From Perkinsela sp. CCAP 1560/9 (taxonomy: Eukaryota > Protista > Euglenozoa: Kinetoplastea), in NCBI GenBank assembly GCA_965644495.1, contig CBFFSA010000006.1, positions 806,001 to 870,000 on the forward strand: a DNA stretch of 64,000 nt. The letters are read 5' to 3'. A program made the position numbers and the translations under genes. Under the pieces are notes generated by a model, which had not been told where the DNA came from, made no database searches, and worked only from the letters and a program-made list of their open reading frames with translations. Positions 9,399-21,100 of the stretch are shown piece by piece; the first letter of the stretch is position 1, and every line of letters begins with the position of its first letter.

Positions 9399-11519
9399 AT
9401 GGAAAATTCTCAAGTTGCGCTGTGCTACAGTCTGCTCGTCGACGAGCCAATACAGTTTCGGTCCGGAATTATCGGTGAGGAAGAGCAAAATAAGGATCTT
9501 ATTGCTTCTTTGCCCTGTCTAAACAATTTACTACCTATTGGCACACGCTTCAATCTTCCAAAGCAGTTGGGCCTTGGTACAGAAATGCACCCGAACGATA
9601 CGAGTCTCGATGCTGAAGACAAGAAAAGAACACACTCCGTTGATTCTGATCTGTGTCTACCTGAGGACATTGGCACAAGCATCGATCCTGACGCGAAAGA
9701 TAGACGGGCGGCTGATTTTACTTTTCATGAAGAAAACTCTATTCATAGCCCGATTTTAAAGCGAATCGTAGAACAGATTCCGACTCCGAAATTCGAGCTT
9801 GTACCAATCAATATTGTTGAGGATTGGATGTTGCGACAAGGTTCTGATTCGAATATTATCTGGCAAACAGGTCTACAAAATCAGGGCAACACATGTTTTC
9901 TCAATAGTATACTGCAATGCTTGGTCCATCTTTATCCTTTTCGGCGCAGTCTACAGTGGTGGGCAGACAAAACTAAAGCAAAAATTAGCGTCAATTCCGC
10001 TGACAAGGCATTTCAATCGTTCAGCGTCAGTAGAGAATTATGTATCCTTACGAAGCAGTTGACTGAGTCAAATAAAGGCAGCCTTCCCCCATCGGCTTTT
10101 GTTCGTCACTTGCGCTCCGTTTGTCGAACAATGCACTTGGGTAATCAAGAAGATAGTCACGAATATCTACTTGGACTTTTGCAAGGACTGGAAAAGGAAC
10201 AAGTGGGATCTAAAACACTTGACAGCGGATCTTTACAGACCACTGTAGTGCGTCGACTATTCGGCGGATGGATGCAAAGTCGTGTGAGATTTCGTGATGG
10301 TGTTTCCGACACATATGAGTCAAGTACTGTGCTAAGTCTTGAAGTAGTGGGTCACACTTTGCAAGAATGCCTCACACATTATACTCGAGAGGAATTTCTG
10401 GGTCACAATGTTTACAAAACAGTTAAAGGCAATATGGTTTCCGCCACACGACAGTTTTCATTTGTTTTTCCTCCACGGATTCTTATTCTACACTTCAAGC
10501 GATTCAGCGGGCGTGGAAAAATTAATCGATCGATATCTTTTCCTGACCTATTCGAAATGGTGCCTTCATCACAGCGTAATAGTTACGTTTTTTCTTTCCC
10601 AGAAGAGAAGAGTCGCATGCCTAGCAAAACAGATCAAAAATTGATACATAATGTCAAGTATACGCTGTTCGCGGTGAATGTACATCAAGGGCATGGGATG
10701 ACCTGCGGACACTACTATAGTTATTGTCGAGGAGACTCTCGTCAGGCTTTATGGTACTGTTGCAATGATAGCTCAGTAAGAGTTGTTTCTTCAAATGAAG
10801 TTCTAAAGAGTCCGGCATACATATTGTTTTACATTCAAGACCCCCCTTATATTTGTTCTAGCACATCTGCTTCCAAAACCATTAGTCAAACTGGTCAGGA
10901 ATTCCTATTAAAGCATTCTTCTCATCACACAGAATGTGGTGAACTGTTTCGTAAGACACTTGATAAAAGTTCTGCGAGGGGTAGTAGAATAACTTGCCCA
11001 GATTTAAAAACAGAAAATAATGCGCATCCTTCTGGTTCGCATATACGTAAATCAATAGAATCTGAAATAGATGATTCATCGGCCTTTGCGTTTGCTTCTC
11101 CAAGTAAAGTATGTACCGGTGAGCACGTTTTAGAAAACCTAAAACCAGGCAACATGAATTCTAAGGGGGGAAATATTGATTCCACTCATGCCAAAAAAAC
11201 GAAATCTGTTCCCTTTAAAATGCTTGCGGAAACACATCGTAACATCCTTCTTTCTCGGTTAAATTATCAGGATCAAACGATATCTAATAATGAAAATTTG
11301 AACGCACAGACGCAAAATCTCTACTCGTTGCCTCCACAAGAGCGAATAGGTAAAGAGTCTTCTGATCCGGAGTGGGACGCAGCATTAGACTTGGGTAAGC
11401 GAAGAAAACGGAAGGGTTTAAAGCCATTTAAAAGAGACTTCAAGCGCAACATTTTTCAGTTGCAAGCCGAAAAGTTGTACTTCAAAAGAGAGAAACATAA
11501 TACTACACGACATTCTTAA
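9399..11519 (+). CDS. USP36: Ubiquitin-specific protease, USP36/USP42-like
   Basis: Cys box GLQNQGNTCFLNSILQCL, QEDSHE, His box HQG..MTCGHYYSY and WYCCNDS. The C-terminal EWDAALDLGKRRK..NIFQ tail is typical of USP36. Confidence 0.85.
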   Translation: MENSQVALCYSLLVDEPIQFRSGIIGEEEQNKDLIASLPCLNNLLPIGTRFNLPKQLGLGTEMHPNDTSLDAEDKKRTHSVDSDLCLPEDIGTSIDPDAKDRRAADFTFHEENSIHSPILKRIVEQIPTPKFELVPINIVEDWMLRQGSDSNIIWQTGLQNQGNTCFLNSILQCLVHLYPFRRSLQWWADKTKAKISVNSADKAFQSFSVSRELCILTKQLTESNKGSLPPSAFVRHLRSVCRTMHLGNQEDSHEYLLGLLQGLEKEQVGSKTLDSGSLQTTVVRRLFGGWMQSRVRFRDGVSDTYESSTVLSLEVVGHTLQECLTHYTREEFLGHNVYKTVKGNMVSATRQFSFVFPPRILILHFKRFSGRGKINRSISFPDLFEMVPSSQRNSYVFSFPEEKSRMPSKTDQKLIHNVKYTLFAVNVHQGHGMTCGHYYSYCRGDSRQALWYCCNDSSVRVVSSNEVLKSPAYILFYIQDPPYICSSTSASKTISQTGQEFLLKHSSHHTECGELFRKTLDKSSARGSRITCPDLKTENNAHPSGSHIRKSIESEIDDSSAFAFASPSKVCTGEHVLENLKPGNMNSKGGNIDSTHAKKTKSVPFKMLAETHRNILLSRLNYQDQTISNNENLNAQTQNLYSLPPQERIGKESSDPEWDAALDLGKRRKRKGLKPFKRDFKRNIFQLQAEKLYFKREKHNTTRHS

Positions 11520-11544
11520 ATAATTTTATCCTACTATTGGGCTT

Positions 11545-11915
11545 CTCTATTTCAATAAGCCTCGTCAACCTGACAACGCGAGTAATACGCGGGAGTTCCG
11601 ATACTTCATGTACCGATAAACTGCATCTAAGAGCTCCAGTTTCCACATAAAAGCAGTTTTCCAGTCAACTTCGCATTGCGAAGCAATTGAGCTCATTGGA
11701 TCACCTTGACACAGTTTTACTCAAAAAGAGAATTTCTGCTTTCCATTCTTTTTTTGCAAGACATGTAGGGGTATAGCAATGATAAACGTTTTCGACAACT
11801 CCCCTTCTTCCAACGTTTCCTGCAAATATTTTCAAAGTGTTTCGCTGTACACCATGTACCCCCATTTCTTTTGTAAGTATTACTTGAACGTCAACTCGAT
11901 GCCACTTCTTTTCAT
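11545..11915 (-). pseudogene. Degenerate 5' fragment of a second Merlin/IS1595 transposase
   Basis: Manual translation gives MSSIASQCEVDWKTAFMWKLELLDAVYRYMKYRNSRVLL, then CQVDEAY after a frameshift. It is colinear with MDSIASQSCVTQNTVFKRKREIL...RN...CAAEETF of the 33454-34188 transposase. Confidence 0.65.
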
Positions 11916-12081
11916 CACTCCAAAAAAATGGTCCTCTTTTTATACCTCGTAATATTCATGTACCCTCTTAGTATTCCTACCAGGAATATTAACCCGAACA
12001 GTGGTTTAGTAAAAATTAAAAACAAATGTCTTTTAAACCACTTATAATAGAACTTCATTATCGTTATCTCCTTCAGATCCA

Positions 12082-12417
12082 ATGACAAAGAGTTCTCACG
12101 GCACCATGGTTGATACTGATCTTGATCGCTTAAACTCCAATTTTGTCGGTGCAAATATTGTTTCTCACGCGGATGTGGATATCTCAGATGTCGCATCAGC
12201 TGTGCGTAAATTTCACGACCTAAACCAAAAGAAAAGGGAAATGGAAAATTTTCGACAGAAACGCTTATCTAAGGTTGATCTTACAGGAAAAGATCACATC
12301 GTAAAAGAACTCAGCTCTGAATTGGGCATAACCCGCAAGGAAGCAGAACAAATTCTACGTGAAAATGATGGCGACCTCGCCAAATGTATTCAAAACATAT
12401 TGGGCATTAATATTTGA
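12082..12417 (+). CDS. HYPK: HYPK-like protein (C-terminal UBA-like domain)
   Basis: 111 aa; DLDRL N-terminus; ELGITRKEAEQILRENDGDL C-terminal motif. Confidence 0.7.
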   Translation: MTKSSHGTMVDTDLDRLNSNFVGANIVSHADVDISDVASAVRKFHDLNQKKREMENFRQKRLSKVDLTGKDHIVKELSSELGITRKEAEQILRENDGDLAKCIQNILGINI

Positions 12418-12481
12418 GACAACGCTGTTTTTTTACGCACCCCCGTACTTGGCAAGACCAGTGTTAAACGTAGTCCTCTTA

Positions 12482-12778
12482 CCGTATACCCCCCCCAGTA
12501 AGGTACCCCCCCAGTAAGAGAGATTTGGCCCTTTTTGGGCTGACCCCAAGTAAGAGAGATCTGGCTTGGGAGCCCCACAGGATGCGTATAGGGCGTACGG
12601 GGTGAGTGTCCGCATGTCGGGGGCCTCGAGGGTAACCCTAATAAGCGTTTTAACACGTTTTCAGAGGAAAAAATAGGAAAACTTGTCAAAAAAGTTGGGA
12701 GAAAAGAGAAAAAACCCCCAGTAAGAGAGATTTGGCCATTTTGACCCAAAACCCATTCTCTTACTGGGGGGTATACGG
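12482..12778. mobile_element. pogo/Tc1-type MITE with TA TSD
   Basis: TA|CCGTATACCCCCCCCAGTAAG ... CTTACTGGGGGGTATACGG|TA, with internal AGTAAGAGAGAT(T/C)TGGC repeats. Confidence 0.85.
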
Positions 12779-12911
12779 TAGTATTTTATTATAAAGCTAT
12801 TCATGCAAAATGTAAGGGGGCGACTATTCGTGTCCCTAGCTATTAGGTTAATTGGCTATTAGGTTCCTTAATTTGACGCATACTTAGTGAAATTTTTTTC
12901 TAACTATTAAT

Positions 12912-14651
12912 ATGGGAAAGCCGGGAAAAAAAGCTGGCAATCGTCTTGGTCCGTCTACGGATCCGAACCGCACTGCAGTACACATTGTCGGCCGCACGGA
13001 TCTGCGTTCCCAAAGAAAAGTTCGTGTGCTAAAAATGTACAAATCTAAAATTACGAGAGACAGTCAAACGGGACGAATTTTAACGGGTAGCGTCTTATCT
13101 GCATCTGAACGTGTGCCACAAAGCGTGGCACGAATAGCACCAGACCGTCGCTGGTTTGGAAACACTCGTGTTATAGGTTCGCATGCACTACAAGCCGCAC
13201 GAGGAGAGATGCACGAGAGGCAAAGTGATCCATACTCTATCGTTCTTCGTCATAGCAAGCTTCCTTTAAGTTTGCTTCAAAAGGAACAAACAGGCAAGAT
13301 GAAAAATGCTACAAAATTTGAAAAAACAAGTACGGCAACTCAGAATGCGGCAGCAGCTGGATCTTCCTTGCAAAGTAAAACGCCTATGCGCTTCGTTGAC
13401 ACGTTTGGTACTAAGTCCCGTCGAAAAAGGGTAAGCCTTTCATCAGTTAGCATAGAACAGTTCCGCGACGAGGCTCAAACTCGTATGACTTCCTATAACG
13501 AATCATCCGTACATGCAATTGGTACAAATGATGAAAATATGAATCACGTAAGCGCTCATTTATTTGGGAACGTTGAACATGGTCAGAACACCTCTTCCCT
13601 GCGAGTTTTTGAGAAAGGTCAAAGCAGTCGGTGTTGGGGTGAAACTCATAAAGTTATTGACAGCTCCGACGTTATACTCTATGTCCTTGATGCTCGAGAT
13701 CCAATGGGCACTCGCTCACCTTTTTTAGAATCCTATCTTCGTCGGGAGAAAGTGCATAAGCATCTCGTTTTGATTCTTAATAAATGCGACTTGGTTCCTT
13801 CATGGGCTGTTGCACGGTGGCTTCAAATTTTATCTAAAGAGTACCCAACACTTGCGTTGCACAGCTCACCGACTCATCCCTTTGGAAAAGGAAATCTAAT
13901 TAACCTCTTACGTCAATTTTCTCGATTGCATAATGTGACTCATGGCTCTAAAGCTATTAACAACGCAACGGGCAATAAAGCGTCTAGAAGCCATAAAACT
14001 AATCGTTCCCGTAATCCTATAAGCGTAGGAATTCTTGGATATCCTAATGTCGGTAAAAGTTCTCTCATAAATACATTGCGAAGAAAAAAGGTATGTAAGG
14101 TGGCACCCATTCCTGGAGAGACGAAAGTATGGCAATATGTCATGCTTACTCGGAGCATTTATCTTATTGATTGTCCGGGGGTAGTTTATGACAAGGAGTC
14201 AAACAGCGAGGTTCAAAGCGTTTTAAAGGGTGTTGTACGAGTGGAACGGCTCGCCGGCGTTTGCAAAACAAGTATGATTGATACTGTTCTGAAAATAGTA
14301 AAACATACCGACCTACGTTCTCGATACAAGCTCGACTCTTTCTGTGAAGGTAAATGGGGAAGTAATGCAGACTTCTTTCTTACTTGTGTGGCGAATGTCA
14401 GAGGGAAGCTTCTTCCCGGTGGTCTTCCCGATACGGAAGCTGCGGCACGTATAGTATTGTATGACTGGCAACGTGGCCAACTCCCATGGTTCAGTGCCCC
14501 TCCATTTTCTTCGAATCAAAAATGTCGCGAGGCTCAGGACGTCCCAGAAGCACAATGTTTAAAATGGATAGAAAATTACGCTTCTTTTAATATAGTAGAT
14601 CAACACCTCGTGAACGCATTGAATGAGAAGGACGAAATTTTTGGTTCCTAG
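12912..14651 (+). CDS. NOG2: Nucleolar GTP-binding protein 2 (circularly permuted GTPase)
   Basis: NGP1NT motif ARIAPDRRWFGNTRVI; KGQSSR.WGE..KVIDSSDV; NKCDL; GYPNVGKSS; DCPG. Confidence 0.95.
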   Translation: MGKPGKKAGNRLGPSTDPNRTAVHIVGRTDLRSQRKVRVLKMYKSKITRDSQTGRILTGSVLSASERVPQSVARIAPDRRWFGNTRVIGSHALQAARGEMHERQSDPYSIVLRHSKLPLSLLQKEQTGKMKNATKFEKTSTATQNAAAAGSSLQSKTPMRFVDTFGTKSRRKRVSLSSVSIEQFRDEAQTRMTSYNESSVHAIGTNDENMNHVSAHLFGNVEHGQNTSSLRVFEKGQSSRCWGETHKVIDSSDVILYVLDARDPMGTRSPFLESYLRREKVHKHLVLILNKCDLVPSWAVARWLQILSKEYPTLALHSSPTHPFGKGNLINLLRQFSRLHNVTHGSKAINNATGNKASRSHKTNRSRNPISVGILGYPNVGKSSLINTLRRKKVCKVAPIPGETKVWQYVMLTRSIYLIDCPGVVYDKESNSEVQSVLKGVVRVERLAGVCKTSMIDTVLKIVKHTDLRSRYKLDSFCEGKWGSNADFFLTCVANVRGKLLPGGLPDTEAAARIVLYDWQRGQLPWFSAPPFSSNQKCREAQDVPEAQCLKWIENYASFNIVDQHLVNALNEKDEIFGS

Positions 14652-15176
14652 GGGCTTTGTTCTGTGCGAAGATAAACTGTTCGGATTGTTTCTGCTATCA
14701 GAATATAGTTTAAATCGAAATACATGCAAATTAGGGTTTTGTAATTATCTGTATTGCACATGCCATGTTATGATCTACACGTATTTTCGATCTCTGTTTT
14801 TATCCGTCTACCTTTACATGTGCGTAGAGATTTGATAGTCATTTATTCAAGAATATTTGATTATGTAGATTCTGTTTTCTGTAATTCTATTTATAAACAT
14901 TTTGTTTACATATTCTTGTCCCTTTTTTATCCTTTTTGTGTTCTTCTGTACTCTTCAGAAGAAAAGTGTCGTTCAAAATACATGTATATCGGTGTTTGTC
15001 GTGGACATTTTCAGTTTCTTCTATGAAATTTTGGGGACGCTACTCGTGCATACAGTATGTATGCACACATACAGTATGTATATACAGTATGTATGTACAC
15101 ATAATACATACAGTTATACGTGTACATGTAATCTAGATAACTTGCATTCGTAAAAGAGAGTTTTAGAAAGTAATTC

Positions 15177-18100
15177 ATGATTTCTACTGATAAAGGGAGC
15201 TATCTCTTGTCAGAGGACCACTTTTTGGTTAAGGCGTCTGCAGGAACCAACGTTTTTCTCATATCTGAACTTTTTTCGAGTCTTCGCGAGCAAGCAAATA
15301 TGTATCACCCCTACGCACCTGAAGAAACTTTTGAATGTGTTTCTGCTATTAAGGATCATATTCAAGCCTACTTGGCACAATTAGGGCGCGAACACATAGA
15401 ACGTATTAATCAAGAACTGAACTATACATTCAGTGCCAATTCATTGGCCGGGATTCAGGTAATGGAGGCTTTGATTGATGTACCATATATGGAGCATCGA
15501 ACGAAAAGAGCTCGGTTTTCTAACTTACTGGCTGCTGCGCTTCAAGTTGCCAATAATGAAGTCACCGTTGATGCTGCAATCTCAGGTTTACATGCACTTG
15601 TGAGAGACGGAGGCTCTTTGGCAATCGAGATTGTTTCTTCTGAGGCTATGCAATGTCTTGAATGGATGGCTGTAGCAGACACTGATCACTATCTTTATAC
15701 CTCCTGTCGAATAATTGGCATGCTTGCCGCAGAAGTACCGGAAATGCTACGACCTTCGATTTCAACTGAACCTTTGTTACAGAGTATATGGATTTCACTT
15801 TGTCATCCATGTCAAAGAACGCGTGAATACGCTGGAGAAGCATTAGATCGACTTGTTCATGCAGCAATTGTTCCCCAACAGGCGTTATCCCGCAGTGTAA
15901 CACAGTGTGAGATGTATCTTTCAAAAAAATGTCCGATTAGATTTTGGCACGGGTCTCTCCTGATGCTAATTTGCATTGCTCGAAACACACGAAATCCTGA
16001 TTATGCTATGACTGTAATGGATTTCGTTCTTCAAAAACGTCTTCATACTGACTTATGTTGTCGTTTGACGTTGATTCGCATGATACCTTTTTTTCCGCTA
16101 ATGACGGACCTTTTCGTTGCATGTTACATTACGCGCACACTTCGGGAGGTTCTCTATTTCTACACATCAAATGGCGACCCGGCAACAAAATCGTGTGCCT
16201 TTATCGCTCTTGCAGAACTCATTTCTAATCTAAAACGAGAAGCTGTATTACCCCATCTTAATGACATGATGAAGCGCACGCTAGACGCTTTGTGTAAAGT
16301 TGCTAGTGAAGAAGAAGAAGCAAATAAACAAGTTGATCCTATTTCAGAGAAACCGGGACAAATTCCGATCTCCACTTCAGACTCTGTTAGCATTGCGTCG
16401 AAGGCGAACGACATTTCAGAGACGTCTGACAGTATGGACGGAAACAAGGAAATGTCTCGCATTGGGAGTCCATCTGGAGTTGCTCCCTCTTGTGTATTTC
16501 CATTGCCAGAAAATACTAAGGGTACAACAGAGTCAGCAAATTCAATGCCTGATTCACATATTACGAAACGCAACGTTACGATTGAGGCCTTAAAATGCTT
16601 AGGTGAAATAGCCAAAATCAGTGACAAAGCATGGTTGCAACCACAAATCGAGGCTTTCATGGATCGTTTATTTGCTGGCGGACTAAATCGTTTCTTGACA
16701 GACTCCCTTAGTATTCTTGGAGAATCACTTCCGGAATTTGTTCCAACCTTTCAAGAAAGGCTTCTCACCATCATAATGCATACGTTACAAACTCCGAAGG
16801 AAAACTATGTTGCGAGCACCGAGTCCTCTAAGCTTTTGCCGTACAGAGGCAAGCGTCGTCCTCGAATTCGCATTTATGGTCGTAGTTCTCTGACTTTGAA
16901 ACTCACAGCTCAACTGAGTGACATATCCCACTTCAGGGACTTTGGTGTATCAGACAAATTCGATCCTTACAGGGACAAAACTCGACACTATGAGCAAGAT
17001 GAAGGAAAGGTCGCAGGAAAGCCATCTCTTGAAGACCGTATTCTTGCCGTTCGTACTCTGGCCACATTCAACCCTAAATCCAACGACATGATACAAGGCC
17101 TTTTGAGAACCCACCTAGCCCCCCTTCTCAAAGACCCCAGCGTGGAGCTACGAGAAGTCGTAGTTCGCACTATTCTTAAGATATTTAGCGTCTCATTGGA
17201 CATAGGTACAGATATCACATCCCCCCTCTCAAGTACTACAACCATGTCGCCAACATCCTCACAAAGTTGCCTGATGGTTGATACTGATATTTTGAGAGAA
17301 ATAGTTGATATTGGCGTAGCAGACATTGCCGATGGTGTTCGCTACGAGGTAATGAAAGGCTTGGATTCGCGATTAGACTCCCACTTGGCTTCACCGGACA
17401 TTTTGGAAACTCTTTTTATGTCGCTTCACGACGAAAAATTGGGAGTTCGCGAGGCGGGTCTTAGTGTTATTTGTCGTCTTACCAAAGTACATCCTGCGTA
17501 TGTCATTCCTGCATTGAAGAAAATACAAGCACAGTTCATTGCTGAGCTACAACATAGTCGCAATTACGCCTATATGGAGCACTCGGCTCGGATGCTTCTA
17601 CAAATGATATGCAATGACATTCCTGTAGAATCACACGGTTCTCCGCAGCAAGATTTTTTGGGACTGGTACTTGAAAAAATACAATCCGGTTCTGGGCCAT
17701 CACAATTATGTACCACACTGTTTGAATTAGTAAGCGGAATAGTTCAGAGATCCATACTTCACCACGACGAGAAAACTACAGGAAATTCTAAAGTTTTGGA
17801 CGTTGTGGTATCTTCCGTACAGGATCGAACATCTTCGATACGTCGACGCGCCGCGTTGAATGCACTCGCAGGTATTCTAAGAAGCACTTCTCTTGTATCT
17901 GAAGCTTTTCATAAAGCTTTCCCAGACTTATTCTCAGTCCTGTTACAATGTCTTCATGGCGAAACAAGAGTTGATACACTCACTCGCAGGGAAGTACTTT
18001 GTGTTCTCGGAACCGTGGGGGCAGTTGACCCCATGAGGTTAAAAAGGTTACACGTTCGAAGAAGAGAACAGCGCTTGACGGACGATGAGGCCTCTGCGGT

Positions 18101-21100
18101 TGAAAGGTTTCTTGTACGTACGATCCTTCCGGCTCGCTGCAATCGTCGGATTGCGGAGCACTATCCTGCCGTTCTCCTTTCTGCTCTAGTTAAAATTTTG
18201 AGCTCTCGTTCGATAGTCTCTGCCTCAGCGATGCAAACCATGAGTTCTCTTCTTACTACCTTGAAGCCAACTCAGCTAGTGCCACACTTGGAGCTTCTCC
18301 TGCCTATTGGTCTCCAGCTTTTATCCGATGCGAACCGGCGCGTCTTTCACGCAGATGTTTTGTCTCATATGCTTTCATTATTACACATTGATCAACAAAA
18401 GGCCGATGCTAGTGATGGATGTCGTCATGCCTTGGTTGTTTTAGAAGCTCTGAGCACATATTGCGAAACCTGTGACACGAATAGTGCCAATACTACTTCT
18501 TGCCGGATCCTTGTAAATGTCGTTAAAATTTTGTCTGAGATAGCGCGCTCTTTTTCCACTGTTATCCGTCCCGGCATCGAAAGCTGGATTTTCAATTTTA
18601 TGGTACAACGCATGATTGAAGATCGTACTGAGAAGCGTGAAATATGTATGCTTGTCATCCAAGGCTTTGAAAGTTTTATTTCGGCGCTCGACAAGGATAT
18701 TTATTATCTTGTCCCTCTGATTTTACAGTACATCAAGCCTGCAGCGCACACGCCGACAGGGATAGCACTTAATATGCATTGCTTAAATTTTCTTTCCGTC
18801 GCCGCTAAACAGACAAACTTTAAAGAAATAAGTACACGTACAGTGCATCATCTTCTTCGACTATTAGAACACACACCGAGTCGCACAGTGGAACATAAGA
18901 CAACTGAAGTTCTTTGCGAAATTTTAAAAGCCCTGGGTAAATTCGGAAGCAAGTTCCTGCCGTTAATTCAAATGTACTCAGAGGCCAAGGGTGTCACTGA
19001 TTCGAATTTTCAACAGCTTATTCAGCATTTTTCGGGAGTCCAAAATATTCGCACTGATAAAGAAGCTCCTGCAACATCTCCTACATCTCGATCTGCGGAA
19101 ATCCCTTTTACTGGCGCCGTGACATCCAGTACAGGTAGTTCCGATCAGACCATCCTCATACTGCGTATGACTCCCCGACGAGAAGTTACACAGAACGAAA
19201 TTACTTCCACGTTAGCAAAAGCTCTTGGCACTCCAGCTAGTGATATTGAACTGGTTCATCTTCAACGCACAGTTCCCTACTTGGGTCACATGTACGCCCA
19301 TATTCGTTTTATTGGTAGCAATGCACTTCGACTACAAAACTTACTTTTTCAAAAAACGGAGGAAAACTGTTTACCGGCATCTTTACATATAGAAAGTGTC
19401 AAACAGAAACAAACTGAATTAGTTCCCGAAGAGGGCCTTTCCACACTTATGAGCTTCTTTTCCGGTTCAGTCCCTATAGATCGAAGCACCGCAGAATGGA
19501 TGCAATGGTTCGACAGCTTATCGCTAGAAATGTTGCGACACAGCACTGATTCTGGTATGCGATGCATATCATCTCTCGCCAACGAATACAGTCCTCTGAT
19601 TCGAGATTTGTTTCCCTATGTTTTTCACAATGTGTTCAGAAGTTTGCGTGAAGATATTCAAAGCAATATAATGCACTACCTTACGCGCATGGTTCTCGTC
19701 TGTGAAAAGGAAGTATCTGCCCTCTTAATATCTTTGGTTGAGTTTCTTATGCCCTATCGCGTCCCCAAACCCTCTGTAGAATTTTTCTACGGGAAACTTG
19801 AAACCCGCCGTGTTCAACGTGGTAACCTCTTTGATAAATTCGGAATTGGATACGGAGAAGGTACGGATCCGAAGCCCGCAGATACCGTGTATAATGACCA
19901 CGTCGTCGTGACACGAATAGCTGAAAATTCACCTGGAGCCAATGCCAAAGTACCCGTGGGATCGATTCTTATTGAAATCGACGGGATTCCTGTTCAACGC
20001 GTCTCCGAAATTCATTCTCTACTGGACGGCAGGCTTGAAATCATGTTAACGATACAACCACCTCCCAGAGCGCGATACGTTCATATCATGCGTCCATTTT
20101 TTGATCTTGATGTGTTAATTCAAGTTTCTCTGGACGCAAATAACTACGCACGAGCACTTCTTTTTTGTGAAACGCAATATATTGAAACTCCTGTAGAGAA
20201 GCACGTACATGATTTTCGAATGGTAAGTCGATTGACATCTCTCTACCAACAATTACACCTTCCAGAGGGAGCGAGTGGTCTTCTTGAACAACTTCTGCGC
20301 GATACACAACAGACTCGGAGCGAGACTTCCAGAAATCTTAAACACGGAGACAACGAAGTAGAGTACCTCATAGAGAAATTCGCCTGCGAGACTGGCCGCG
20401 GCGAGGCATTGGAAACTTTACAACAGTATTCCAGGGCGATTGAGACTTACCGTACTCGTTTATCGGAGTCTGATGCCAAGGGCATGCTTCCTGATCACAG
20501 CCAAGTCCTGGGGTTATGTCGCTGCTACCGAATAGATGGCTACTGGCCAGAGCTCGTCAACGTTGTCAAAGATTATTGGAGCATTTGCACGACAAGTCAA
20601 AGGACAGACCTTGCCCTTGAATCTGCTGCTGCTGCCTGGTACATGGAGGACTGGAATTTTCTTGATTCTTGCCAACAGGTGCCTCCAGAAAAGCAGAGCG
20701 ACTTCTACAAAACGGTCCTTCATATTCGATCCGGGGATTACGAGTCAGCTCAAAAATGTGTGAATCAAGGTCGGAGCCGATTGGACTGCGCACTGTCCGG
20801 ATCTCTGAAAGACACCTATGATATGGGATATGAACACTTGATGAATTTGCAGAATTTATGCGAATTAGAGGAAGTTATTTCCTATGCTCAAAACTTGGAT
20901 TGGCGAGATCAGTTGCAATCAGGATGGCAAAAACGCATTTCAAGCGCCGCTCCTGTTCCTAAACAGCTTTTGGTGAACTTATCCCTCCACGCTTTAGTAC
21001 GTCCAGTTCACGAAGATATTCCAACCTGGATATCTTTCATAGATATTGCTCGGCAAAAGAATCGTCCACGGATGGCGGAATGTGCACTGGCTCGTCTTCT

